DNA of 64,000 nucleotides from contig JAQGDQ010000349.1 in assembly GCA_030141605.1 (NCBI GenBank), positions 62,001-126,000 on the forward strand. Reading direction: 5' to 3'. Source of the DNA: Tubiluchus corallicola (Eukaryota > Animalia > Priapulida). Of the stretch, positions 40,601-53,493 are shown piece after piece; the stretch's first letter is position 1; each line of letters begins with the position of its first letter. The position numbers and the translations under genes were made by a program. The notes below the pieces were generated by a model. That model saw only the letters and a program-made list of their open reading frames with translations, had not been told where the DNA came from and made no database searches.

Positions 40601-43600
40601 GTTTAGAATGGAAGCCATTTAGAGGATTACAGCGCTATTGAGATGATAGAGGTCGAGGAGGAGGAGAAGACGTTTAATTATGGAGGAGAGCGTGTCAACA
40701 GTAGTTTGTGATAGCTCTCCAGGGGGCGGAATAAGACGTTTCTACATTCTCAGGGTGATATCCAAGGTAAAACGGCGTCAGAAACGAATCACTACCTGAT
40801 TTCATCCGCTTCTTTGGTTTCTATATCTTCTTCTTCGTTAGTTTCAAAATAACTGATGCAAAATCGGCAACCTTTAAGTACCCTGCACGAACAGCGGCTA
40901 ATCGTGAAACCCGGTGGTGTTTAAGTACTCAATGAGGACTAGGTGCAGAGCTTTCACATGCACATGTTTGATTAGCTGGATATGTTTGAACATGACAACA
41001 ACTCAAGAGAGACTTCCTGAAACTTGATGATTGCAGCATGTACCGGAAATACTGCAGCGCGTACCGGAAATGCTGCAAACAATGGCTGTTTGTCAGACAT
41101 TAAAGCATTTATTTCGACAGGGTTTGAAGATACATAAAAAATAGTTTAACACAGTAAAAGTTTATTAGCATAAATCATATTTCGGGCAGTTGGGACTCCA
41201 TTGACTAGGTTACATATCATTAATTACATGACAATTGAAGCAAATTAAGACAATTCCGACTTTGATTTGACTGAAGTTCGTTTAATCAATTTTATTTTAA
41301 ATATAATCATCATTTGCCATAAATGGCAGAAATTAGGTTAATTACAAAAAGTTGTTTTTACAATAGGCCGTATCAGCCTTGGAATTGATGCAGTAAAACT
41401 GATATTACAGCCATACTACTTAGCAATGCCGGCTCTAGGTGGTTTGATGCCCAAAGCAAAAGTACTTTTAGCCCTCCCTTCTCAACTGTCAACCTCTTCC
41501 CCCATAGTCCCCACCACGACCCCCAATATTGAATTTTTCTTGTACAATCTTATAATAAACTGTAACGGTACTGTGCGTTAGGTTTATGCATGACTTATAC
41601 TGTACTAATTAAGTGTAATTAATTACCAGCTTGTGCTGATTGAATTTGAAATTGGATTCTTGTATTCCTTCCCGAAAACTTCAATTCGTATAAGTTCATC
41701 TGCCAGAAATAAGTAAATGCTATCGAAAATTGTTTTTAAATGGAAGCGTCAGTCTATAAGCACTTATATAGAGACTGCTGGCAAAAGCAGGATAACGCGA
41801 CAGCAATTTCCTCGTGGAATGACGTAATACTAGGAATCCAGATAATGCAAAAGTGGTGTTTTGCTACGGGAAGACACTTGTTGGTATCGACGAATCATAA
41901 ATTTCGACAGGAAAATAACGCAAGTAGTTCGTTTCATTTAATTATTGTTGTGCACTTAAGCAATTACGCATACACTATTTTATTACTTAATTTAAACTTA
42001 CATTACTAAACTTAAAAATTAAATAATTATTTCCAGAATTTACGTCCCTCAAAATTTGGCACCCTAGGTACCTACCTTGTTTGCCTAGTGGTAGAGCTGG
42101 CCCTGCTATTTAGGCCTTATCTGCGCTAGCAAGGGTTCTTTGCAGGTTGTTTTTACTTGCCTGCGCTATTTTGCGTTAAGCTAGTTTCACATTGCTACTT
42201 GTGAACAACAGTAGCCTAGCATATCTGGCGACTTAGCTCTTAATTATCTTCTTCTTCTTCTTCCCAGCTTTTCCCTATGCGGGGTCGCCGTTGTGAATAA
42301 GTCTTCTCCATGCATTCCTGTTGTTGACCATCTCTTCATTTATGTTCTTCTCTCTAAGGTCTCCGTTTATGCATTCAAACCATCTCAGCTTGGGTCGTCC
42401 TCTTCTCCTAACTTGGCGCTTAATTCATAATGACTTTTAAAAATATGACAGTTTTTGACATTCCCATGAAACCAAATCACCAACCAGTGGCAAGGTCACT
42501 GACAAACTTGATTTGCCACTGTCTTCAAGTAATGAAACAAGTTTAAGATTAGTAAACATACTGACTGCTTGCTCACTTACCAGTTTTAGCAAATTCCATG
42601 TTGAGCACTTGCTTTTCGGTATCACTGTTCGAGGCTCTGAAAATCAATAAACTTATAAATAATATTCATTATTTTATTTTATATAAATTAAGGTGTTACT
42701 TTTTAATTTTTTATTTCTAAGAGAAAATAAAAAACTGAAAACCCAAGCTTTTGCCAGCAATTTAACCTGTCTTACAAATATGTTATACGTTAAACTTGTA
42801 ATTATTAGTCTTTAATCCCAAAAGCCTTAAATAAGGAATTAGTGGCCGTGCCAACCTTGATTAGAATATTAGTAAACGATCGAATTTAGAAGATCAATAA
42901 ACTTATAATTAAATAGTTCTCATTATTTTTCATAAATTAATATATATCAATTGCTTTTCTAATTTGTTTTTTATCTAGGTTAAAACAGCAAAATGAAAGC
43001 GCATAAGTAGGCCTATATTCTTGTATCTAAACTGTTGTTATCAGTTAGCTTTTCTTAAAAAATGTTATAATACTAAATTAGTTGTTACTGATTTCTAATC
43101 CTAAAGGCTGTAACTAATAAATTAGTTGCTTACGCCAGTATAGATTAGCTATTAATCAACAATCGAACTTTGATCAGAGCAACACCACTCGTTATTTGAT
43201 TCATTAATTAAACAAAATCTCATCTAGAAACATTAATAACCTTGGAGGCTTTGAAGAAGCCATGTTTTTCAAGTCAGTGTAATGTTTCTTGCTTACATAA
43301 AACCACGTGACCGTGTCTAATTGCTCTGTGTTTGTATAATAATCGCACAGTAAAGACCGGGGAGAGATGACGTTGTTTGCACGAAACAAGTTTCAACACG
43401 CTAATGACTAGGAATCAGGGAATATAGTAATGCAAGTTTCATCTGATCTCCAAACGTGATTCAATTAGAGTCAAATTCGGTTCTGAATCGCATTATAACT
43501 CAGCGCGCAATTTACTAAAACGCGAGTGTTTACGTTGCTCCGGGGAGCTCAGTGACTTGATTGAAATTACGGCCAGATTTCGCGTTGTCAGAGAACATTA

Positions 43601-44470
43601 TACAGATTCGAAATTTGAGATTTTAATGGTGATTATTATTAAAAGTTAGTAAGTTTATCCCATATATGGTAAGAGTATAAAATTTATGTTTTTTCATCAT
43701 AACATATTCTTGCTTCCTGGGCCCCATAATTTATCTTGAGAGAATTCATTGCACATTATTAATAAAGAATTCAAATAGAGCTATCTTAAACAATCCTTGG
43801 AACGAGACGGATAACCTAGTTATCACGGCTTATGTTTAGCAATGTGTGACCAGCGGGTTTAATACTAGCTTTGTGCAGTTTTGTATGCCTCGTTGAGAAA
43901 CGAGGACACCCACACCTTTACTTTTCAATGTCTCATATTAGAGAGTTATCTTTGGTAATGAGCTAGGTTTGGGTCTCATCACAACATCCGACACTGACTG
44001 CAACATATTATAACTTGGAAAGTGTCACACTGTACAGCATTGCATTTAATGAATTAGCCGACTTACATGATTCGCCTGACTCGATTACTGAGTAAGTAAG
44101 AAGTCTTTCCTTACCAGTGTGTCAAGTTACACAACATTCGCTTATTTAATTCCACACATAAATTATCTTAAGAAAAGTCCATAGGCTGTAGTCTAATGGG
44201 TGACTAGTAATAAAGGTCACAGGAAAAAGCTACGGATTAAAGTCGTAATTCTGGCTAGATTAAAGCCATAGGAAAAAAGTCACAATTAACTTTGAATAGG
44301 GTTAGGATTTGGGTTAATGGTTAGGATTAGGGTTTGGGTTTGGGTTGGGGTTAGGTTTAGGTTTAGGGATAGGGTTACTTCTTATTTCCTGTGACTTTTT
44401 TTCTTCTGACTTTTTTCTGTGACTTTTTTATCTTGGTTCGTTTATTAATAATAAAAATCATCATCATCAT

Positions 44471-44512
<42 letters not shown>

Positions 44513-47500
44513 GTCATTTCACATGCCCATTGTTAATATTGTGGACATTTTGCAGGTAGAATTCTGAAATAAAAAAAAACTAGCCACGTTTCTATGGCAG
44601 CGGCTTGTGAGCACATTTCTCCGTGCAATTCGAAAAACAGTTTCGAATTGGACTTTTTCTCAGTATGGCTAGTTAAAAAAGTTTTTGGACTTTTTCTCAG
44701 TATGGGTAGTTAACAAAGTTTTTGGACTTTTTTTCAGTATGGGTGGTTAACAAAGTTTTTGGACTTTTTTTCAGTATGGGTGGTTAACAAAGTTTTTGGA
44801 CTTTTTTTTCAGTATGGGTAGTTAACAAAGTTTTTAGACTTTTTCTCAGTATGGGTAGTTAACAAAGTTTTTGGACTTTTTCTCAGTATGGGTAGTTAAC
44901 AAAGTTTTTGGACTTTTTCTCAGTATGGGTAGTTAACAAAGTTTTTGGACTTTTTCTCAGTATGGGTAGTTAACAAAGTTTTTGGACTTTTTCTCAGTAT
45001 GGGTGGTTAACAAAGTTTTTGGACTTTTTCTCAGTATGGGTGGTTAACAAAGTTTTTGGACTTTTTCTCAGTATGGGTGGTTAACAAAGTTTTTGGACTT
45101 TTTCTCAGTATGGGTGGTTAACAAAGTTTTTGGACTTTTTCTCAGTATGGGTGGTTAACAAAGTTTTTGGACTTTTTCTCAGTATGGGTGGTTAACAAAG
45201 TTTTTGGACTTTTTCTCAGTATGGGTGGTTAACAAAGTTTTTGGACTTTTTCTCAGTATGGGTAGTTAACAAAGTTTTTGGACTTTTTCTCAGTATGGGT
45301 AGTTAACAAAGTTTTTGGACTTTTTCTCAGTATGGGTAGTTAACAAAGTTTTTGGACTTTTTCTCAGTTTGAGTAGTTAACAAAGTTTTTGGACTTTTTC
45401 TCAGTATGGGTAGTTAACAAAGTTTTTGGACTTTTTCTCAGTTTGAGTATTGTTATGGATTTCAGAAGCAAAAGGAAAAGCTGCAGTAATGTACTGTCTG
45501 ATTTCTTTAAGCAAAGATGTCACCACTTACCCTCCAAAGGCAAACTCTGAGTTGAGCCATGAAAATCTGAAATAAGAAATAAAGCGATTTATGCTACACG
45601 TCCTTTGATCTAGGCTCAAGATTGGTCTCTTTGACCTGGCACAAGATTGCGCAATTTGTGAAGAAATTTTGAAGAAACCGGCGAATTACCCAGAGGATTA
45701 TGGCGACAGAGCTAAAAGAGATAAATGACTAAGCCTGGTGTGGATTTTTAAATTCATTCATTCATAGTTATTCATGAACTCTGTAGCATTTATATTTATC
45801 AGTCTAAGACTTAAATCACGTGTTATAAATATTTATAACCTGAACTGCTAAGAACTGAATGCACTTAATGAACGTCAGAATAATTTTAATGTTAAACTAT
45901 TGAATGAAGACAAATAGGGTGTGATAGCTTATTAATGATTCTTTAAATTTATAGCTATTGTAACGTTGGTCATTTTCAACGTCAAAACACGTAAACTAAT
46001 AATGCAAAACGTGTTGTAGCGGTATCAGATTTTAGTGGTTCGTTGCCTCCAATTTAAATGCAATGACTGGAAGCCACAGAGCATAACGTTGTGGGTTCAG
46101 TTAAGCCCGTTTCTAATATAGTACAGTTTTTCTCTTGCAACTAGGTTTATCAGGTCCGCGCTTTACATTTACATGTTATTGAGATCAAATCTGCTTATAT
46201 TTCTGGCATAATTTGTTTATATACTTGAAAAAGTTGTATCCATTGCTTGTTGATTGCTAAATCATTCCAAATCTCAGAGGATCCAATCACTTATGTATTG
46301 TTTATGCACTTGTAACACTTATCCATCTTGTAACACTTATCCATCTTGTAATAGGCTTAGTTATAATTATCTCTTGCAGTTGTAAATGTTCTTTAGTAAT
46401 TTTTGTAGTAACCAACATTATGCTGTGTTATAACAGACAGATTTGTAGATGTGAACCGGGCTCAATGACTTCAAGGCAGACCGGACGATTGTTTAGACTC
46501 AATCTCATTTTATTTAATTTACTGTCCAAAATATACATTTTCTTGCTTATAAAAGTTAACAATTGTTCCTTATATTTGAATAATTAGCTTAGAAAGTTAA
46601 TCAACGGCAACCGAACACAGCTATAGCTTACGTCAGAAACTAACTACAGTTTGTGCAATGGCAGGCGTCTTCCCTTGCATGTCATGCACATTTACATAGG
46701 TGTCACAGTACTGCTTAAACGCATGATGTCACGAAAAATGGGTTTTACATCACATGACGTCATAAAACTAACACAGCAGTTCATGATCATGGTTATCACG
46801 GTACCGCCTTCTATTTGTCGGTCACGCGCACGTGACAAAAGGCGCCGCTGCCAATCTTAGTAGATTCACAGAGCCGCGCGTAGCTTTGAAAGTTCAACGA
46901 AATATGAATATCCGATGTAATTATTATTTAATCTAAGCTTTAGTCTGCCTACAACGACATGAAAAAACAGTTAGTCAAAAAAACCAAAAACACAGCGAAA
47001 CAAGCAAACAGAGTGACCGACTGACTGATTGACTGACCGGCCAACAGGCAAGCAGGCAGGCAGACAGACAGGTTGGCAGAAACACATACAAACAGACAAG
47101 CAAATAATCAGAGTGATAATCGGACAGACAGACACTCAGACAGACGGACGGATAGACAGATAGATAAAGAGTCAGACAGACAAACAAAGAATAACACAAG
47201 CAAGGGGGAAAGGGAAAAACAAGACAGAAAGCAGGTACAAAATACCTCGAAAATGCAAGTGGCCACGTCAAGAAAAACGACTAAAACTGTAAAAATCATC
47301 CATATATAAGCAAGACTGCAGGCAAAACTTGAGCAATTTAATGCACTTACTGAGACTACTGAGCAATTGAGCACTTACCCAGGCTGGCTAGCTGTGCGTA
47401 GAGAGGCATCCCTACTACTGCACTACCTCTGCTGAGAAAGGAGTTGTAGGCAGGTACCATGAGATCACCGGGACAGATCTGCATAGGAGGAATCACAACT

Positions 47501-47545
47501 ATAGAGCTCCTCCTCCTACTGCTTGTACGATGTACACTCTCTGTA
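26931..47545 (-). CDS. PLEKHG7: PLEKHG7-like Rho guanine nucleotide exchange factor (DH + PH); span of 15 confidently assembled exons, N-terminus probably further upstream
   Basis: Exons join in frame with GT-AG sites and consistent phases (1789 nt). Motifs [108 protein letters not shown] resemble PLEKHG7 as I recall it. Confidence 0.9.
27832..27929 (-). CDS. PLEKHG7: PH exon: [33 protein letters not shown]
   Basis: attctag acceptor (or an in-frame cag 6 nt further, exon boundary 27923) / gtaggg donor. Confidence 0.9.
28686..28812 (-). CDS. PLEKHG7: PH exon: [42 protein letters not shown]
   Basis: tttttgcag / gtatga, 127 nt. Confidence 0.9.
30700..30900 (-). mobile_element. possible decayed THAP domain (DNA transposon remnant)
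   Basis: CSN../SFFVYPKDR...PSLFP in shifting frames. Confidence 0.3.
31445..31533 (-). CDS. PLEKHG7: PH exon: [30 protein letters not shown]
   Basis: ttttccag / gtaacg, 89 nt; FLF.D.LL PH motif. Confidence 0.93.
32019..32112 (-). CDS. PLEKHG7: exon, start of PH domain: [31 protein letters not shown]
   Basis: ttattcag / gtaagt, 94 nt. Confidence 0.92.
32939..33054 (-). CDS. PLEKHG7: exon: [39 protein letters not shown]
   Basis: aatatag / gtacgt, 116 nt, phase 1->0. Confidence 0.9.
33338..33512 (-). CDS. PLEKHG7: DH exon: [34 protein letters not shown]...VENSL
   Basis: atttcag / gtaagt, 175 nt; DH CR3 motif. Confidence 0.95.
33929..34048 (-). CDS. PLEKHG7: DH exon: [40 protein letters not shown]
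   Basis: tttttttag / gtattg, 120 nt; YC.NY motif. Confidence 0.93.
34131..34680. repeat. inverted (CT)n ... (GA)n tracts
   Basis: CT-rich 34131-34330 and GA-rich 34480-34670. Confidence 0.9.
35031..35132 (-). CDS. PLEKHG7: DH exon: [34 protein letters not shown]
   Basis: ctgtttag / gtgaga, 102 nt. Confidence 0.88.
35341..35436 (-). CDS. PLEKHG7: DH exon: [32 protein letters not shown]
   Basis: ccttttag / gtaagt, 96 nt; DH motif F.EPL...LF.NL. Confidence 0.93.
35994..36161 (-). CDS. PLEKHG7: exon, start of DH domain: DSHWTDFI...[26 protein letters not shown]
   Basis: ccttggcag / gtgagt, 168 nt. Confidence 0.93.
38143..38247 (-). CDS. PLEKHG7: exon: [35 protein letters not shown]
   Basis: ttttcag / gtgagc, 105 nt, phase 0->0. 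Confidence 0.88.
41424..42105. mobile_element. hAT-type MITE
   Basis: TIRs CAATGCCGGCTCTA / CAGGGCCAGCTCTA; 8-bp TSD CTACTTAG / CTATTTAG. Confidence 0.8.
42248..42410 (-). mobile_element. 5'-truncated RTE-clade LINE 3' end with (GAA)n tail
   Basis: [42 protein letters not shown]; diverged 15-bp TSD ACTTAGCTCTTAATT / ACTTGGCGCTTAATT. Confidence 0.85.
42581..42636 (-). CDS. PLEKHG7: exon (phase 1->0): [19 protein letters not shown]
   Basis: ttttcag / gtaagt; supplies the phase change needed before the next exon. Confidence 0.85.
44211..44440. mobile_element. MITE-like element with a telomere-like (TTAGGG-variant) core
   Basis: GTCACAGGAAAAA-type repeats on the left, TTTTTYCTGTGAC-type inverted copies on the right, GGGTTA variants in the centre. 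Confidence 0.6.
44650..45448. repeat. 37-bp minisatellite, ~21-22 copies
   Basis: unit GGACTTTTTCTCAGTATGGGT(A/G)GTTAACAAAGTTTTT in head-to-tail array without spacers. Confidence 0.97.
45531..45566 (-). CDS. PLEKHG7: 36-nt exon (phase 1->1): [12 protein letters not shown]
   Basis: tttcttatttcag acceptor, gtaagt donor, open in the required phase. Confidence 0.75.
47379..47545 (-). CDS. PLEKHG7: exon (phase 2->1): [55 protein letters not shown]
   Basis: ttttccag acceptor, gtaagt donor, conserved RRSS..PGDL motif. Confidence 0.88.
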
Positions 47546-47743
47546 CTGGAAAATTGAAAAAAATGAAAAGTGTCATCGTAATGCAACGAACGAGGTGTGT
47601 GTATCTGTCCAGTATTCCATGGGGTAGAAAACGTTTTCATTAATTATTATGCTTTTAATATCAAAATTATTATTAATGATGTTAAAAACACACAACTAAT
47701 TAAATTTGATAATAACTTAAAACAAAGGGAATCTGAAAAAGTT

Positions 47744-47808
47744 GGGATGCAGCGTGGATTTGAACCAGGAACCTTCGGCTCGCATTGTACTTATACTACT
47801 GGGCCACC
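47744..47808 (-). pseudogene. tRNA-derived fragment (SINE head or tRNA pseudogene)
   Basis: A box TGGCCCAGTAG, B box GGTTCAAATCC; no intact cloverleaf. Confidence 0.5.
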
Positions 47809-48188
47809 GAATCTCACAGTGGTAAGACAGTTCAAAGTTCGTCTCTACAGTTGACCAACCAAAGTCAGCATTTCCAATGTTAAATCGCTCACACTTGAGA
47901 TATGGGAGATGTGAGACGGATGCAATTATACATCATTCGATTACAACAGGAAAGGAAAATTCAGCAAGGCAAAACGAAGCACTTATTGGAGTCGTACGTA
48001 AATGCACATGATTGTGAAACTTAGCTTACAAAGTCCTTTCAGAATTGTAGTACATCGACAAATCTTGTGTTGATTGTTGCTTACAAAAACTGCTAAATTT
48101 TGTACACATTACGGTAAAGAATTGTACCTAGATACTATTTTGCGGCAAAAAATGTATAAATATCGAGCTAGCATGCTGGCTATAAAGC

Positions 48189-48966
<778 letters not shown>

Positions 48967-48999
48967 CTTCCTAACTGACATTGATAACAATTTTCTAAA

Positions 49000-49560
49000 A
49001 TTAATTAATCCCGTTAGGTTAGTGACAAAATAAAATTATCTAACAAAATATTAGCAAAGTTAATTAAAATCAGATTATGACGACAAGTTAACATAATTGA
49101 CATCTTGGTGCTGTAAAACGCCTTACAAAGTTTTCACGTTTAATGCGACTTACGAATTTGCAATTAAACAACAGATGAGGGGGGTTTGCCTCCCGTCTAA
49201 AAACTGGCACATATTATTGTCTGCATAACCAGTATTGAACAGAAAATCAATAAAATTGCCTTGACCTGTTAGAAATGTGCAGGCTAAAACCTCAAGTTTT
49301 CTATTACCTCTCTGTACTGGAATATTCAAGGGAGCTGTACTTAAAGAATTTGGATAAACTGGAGATGCCCCACAACGACATCTGTTGCGACACTTACATT
49401 TCCATATTTCTAATATATAATTATCAATATCACTTTTATTATATTTAATGACTGCTTGGGGGATTTCTTGTAAATCTAAATTTCGGGCAGTAAAATCTTT
49501 AGTTATTCTTAAAAATTCATTAGTCGCCAATAAAGCCAAACGTAAAAATGCCCGTTTAGA
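49000..49560 (-). mobile_element. decayed LINE ORF2 C-terminus
   Basis: FLTGQGNFIDFLF..C..QTP/HLLFNC zinc-knuckle remnant. Confidence 0.6.
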
Positions 49561-51461
49561 GGTATAGGACTGTTATTTAGTTCGAAACAAATTTAATTTT
49601 ACTAGATCACTGTACGGCATTGACAAAGTTTTTAAGATAAATTATAAACTATAAAGCTCCTAGGAGGTTAGGCTTATATCAATGTTCGCGGAAAATGTTA
49701 GAAAGATTTAGCAATTTAATGAAGACGCGATCACTTCATGCTTAGGCGCTCCCATTTTGAAAGCCCATTCTTCTTCCAATGACGTCATTCGTCTAAGAAA
49801 AGTAGTGCACTGTCAATCTTCATCAGAAGTGTAATAAGTCTTTACAAAAAGATTAAATAGTTAATTTTGCAATATTTTTGCGTGAATATTAGGTAACTGC
49901 GCAAGTTTGAATTAGTTTAAGTAGTGCGCGCTTACGGAAGGTCACGACGCGCTCATGAAGAGTCACGAAGCCCAGTTACGTCATGATTTTTAAGTGAATG
50001 ACGGCAACCACCACGCCTAGAAATTTCTATTCAGACGTAGTAGATTTTAAATTTATGCTTTATAGGCACAGCTCTTTGCAAATTACTTGCAATGACAACA
50101 GTAAAAGAGACACAATGTACTGAGTGACTTGTTCTTTCCTTTAATACGAGTCCTGGTGCAAATGAAAAGAAATCGTTATAATTATTTTAAATCAACCAAC
50201 CTATAAGAAACTTTGTACACCATTTTAAGTCCGTTACTATTTGCTTTTGGTGCTAGCAGTTTTTAGGGTTGGAGTAATTATTTATTTTTTTAATATTGTG
50301 CTTTTAACTCTTAATCATTCATTTGCAATTATGTAATTAAATGACTAAGACACGCCGTATTTTCTGTTGTTCTTGTTAGTTCTTAATTTCACGTGAGAGC
50401 TACACTGCCTCACAGGAAACATTTGAAAATGCTTCAAGTTTTGCCCTATTGAGCTAAACTACAAAACAACGCCTGCCCCTACTCTTCCACAGTCCGTTTC
50501 GTGCTGTGAATCAAAAGAATCTGTGGGTCTTTGTTTGCAGTCTCTCGGTACCAAATGGTCCATTTGTATGTTTGAAAACTTTAAAGTGAAAGTGCCTGTG
50601 CTAATCAGTGAAAAAATAAAACGAAAAGGGTTTACTGTAGTTAATTCACGGGAAAATAGCCTGAGCCATGAACATGACATGGGCGTGAAACTGGAATTGT
50701 GGCAGAAAATTTTGTTCATTGTGTTGCAAGCTGAACTTCTTTGACATCAATGAAGTATTGGCCGTCTCTCTTGCGGCGTGTAGTTTGAAGAAATTTGTGC
50801 AAGCGAAACCACGCGCTCTGACTTCGTTTCATAAGTTTGTCATTTGTTTTCTAAATGCGAAGTGAAGAAACTGGTACCGGATTTCATTGTAACATTTTTG
50901 TATTAGCGTCATAGAGACAGAACTAAAATGCTAATGATAACAGATGACCCTGGTTACGCATAAAATTATTAATGATTTTTTAACTGCATTACATTATGTC
51001 ACCATTATTCCAGAGCAGTTTTTAGCATACGATAAACAAAGTGATGTGATCGATTGCCAACCTCTGAGTTAGTGCTAAAAGGAGGAAATTAGTAAGCTCG
51101 ATCCTTCCAACACTGTTGGGAGCACAGCTGCAGAAATTTACTTTCTTTGTGTTTCTGCTATATCTCAGTTTCATTAAATTTTAATTACTAAAAGCCTATT
51201 CATTAACTATTAATAACTACATATGCAGGGTTATAAAAAGACGAACGTCCGTGTAGAACAAGAGCCCACCCACGTGCAGGGCGTCACCCCATTAAATAGA
51301 GCATGGCAGGTGTAAATTGAAGCTTTTTGGGCGGAATTAGCAGCACGCAATCATATGATCAATCATGTCAGAGCTTTTAGCACAGAGAGGCCGAGGTTTC
51401 TCGTCACGTCATCACGAGCTCTTATTTTTCTCGGGCAGGAATAATTTACGGCTTTTTTTAC

Positions 51462-51504
51462 CTTCCTTCGATGTTCGTCGATGGCTCGTTTTCTTCGTTT
51501 CCAT
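51462..51504 (-). CDS. possible alternative upstream exon (DGNEENEPSTNIEG)
   Basis: ttcagtttctaccag acceptor, AAG|gtaaaa donor; the phase-2 end fits the 47545 acceptor. Confidence 0.4.
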
Positions 51505-52100
51505 CTGGTAGAAACTGAAAAAAGAAAATGATAAAACTGATGATAATTTTATCATATTCCAGAAAATTACAAGTTTTAGTAAGTTGCCACCTTTTTTGGT
51601 AGCTGTACTGACACTGACAAGGCAGTAAGCCACTCTCGGTTGAAGAATTCCTGGCGGCTGTGTTTATCATATTCTTAAAAAAAACATTAATTTTAGTTTT
51701 TCCCTTTGTGATGTCGCAACTTATTGTTCGATGTTGTAGCTTGCCGCTCGTGCAACAGAATAAAATATGGTCAACGCACAAAAGTTTCAGGCGAGACACG
51801 ATTTTTAGTCACTTTAATAATTCAGACAAAATCTAATTATTCTTTCTCTTCTCACTGCAGATATACTTCCGTTGGATTTTTTTGTCAATGTTTGAAAGAT
51901 GCTTAGTTCTGCCCCACGATTTCAAACATGCCGAAAATCGCCGCAGGTCACACGTTTAAAAAAACAAAAAACGTGTGACCTCTGGGTTTCTGTGTATTTT
52001 AAAGAAACTCTCGGTACTCCTGCAGCATTTTTCGAAAAATCCTTATAAATTTTATTTTTTTAATATTAGCAACAGCAGAGAGGTACCATGCTATAGTCGT

Positions 52101-52354
<254 letters not shown>

Positions 52355-53493
52355 ATATTATGCAGAAGATACAAAAACCAAGAACATCTTGAATATTGTC
52401 ACTTATTTCTTAATTACTCCAGTCACTAAGTTTGTCCTGCATTAATTTTTATAGTGATTTAGTAATGTTCAATATCATCATCGTCGTCGTTGTCCTCGTC
52501 GCCGTCATTATCATCTCATCATCAGCGTCATCGTCATCGCCACCTGCAAGAATAGCAACAGTAGTCCTGTCACTATCGCCGTTTACAGCTGCTTGATTTT
52601 CCAAAAGAAATTGTCAATTAGTTTTTGAATTGACAGTTATTTTGTTCAGAAGGCCAGCAGAATTTAATTACTTGGTCTATGCAATAAGGCTAGCACTCTT
52701 GACAAATGCCCTTGTCAGTCTGGTCTTCAATCTTCGCTAGTTTATTACACTACAGGGAGACCAGAATTGACAGTCCAATGAACATAAACCATGCAAAGCG
52801 CCGACAACTCCATGTTGCGTGCGTTTTAAGTCTGAATACTGCATGTCTAACAAAAGATAATTGTTTGGTTAAATAGAACATCTAAGGTGAGACATAAATT
52901 CTTAACAGGCAGGGATTCACTGAAGTAGTTGTGACTTTGAGGTGAAATTTGTCATAATGGCCGCTTGGAGGCGAATTCAGGAGAACAGCAAGACGGGAGA
53001 AAACACGTGGAAATAACGTACTGATTCGCATTCTACACACAAATTCGAGTCGTCTGTAGAATTACATATGTGTAGTTGATTCAAATTTTACCAAACATGA
53101 TTTTTTTAATTTCGTGTTTATTGTAATATAGCGAGAACGTTAACAGTAACCTCAGTCTAAAAACAGCTGCGTCCGCTTCCCGGGATCTGCGCATGCAATC
53201 GTTTCCAGGGATCTTCCAGGCAAAAATGGGCCGCAATGAAATTTCACCTATTTTCCATTCTTTGCAGGAGACATTTTGTATTAACAGTATTTTTAGAGTT
53301 CATGAATATTTTTTTAAATCAAATATTAGTAAAACTCTTTCGGACGCTTGGTATGTTACTTCAGTGATAGGAAGAAATATCATTATGCAGTCTAGTAATG
53401 CATTAGGTTTCTAAACTTAGTTTCACTTTTGCTAAAAATTAAATAATGGTTGAGTCAACGAGTGTAAAAAACAAATACTAATATATAAACTAA

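Noticed and set aside
44297-44377. True telomere or chromosome fusion site
   Set aside because: Short, degenerate, single orientation and embedded in a MITE-like structure
44650-45448. CRISPR array (37-bp repeats)
   Set aside because: Units are contiguous with no unique spacers, there are no cas genes and the context is a eukaryotic intron
47744-47808. Functional tRNA gene
   Set aside because: A and B boxes are present but acceptor and anticodon stems cannot be formed
50459-50719. RhoGEF exon MDHLVPRDCKQ...CGR
   Set aside because: Its gtaggg donor is phase 0, which hits stop codons at both acceptors of the 47.5-kb exon
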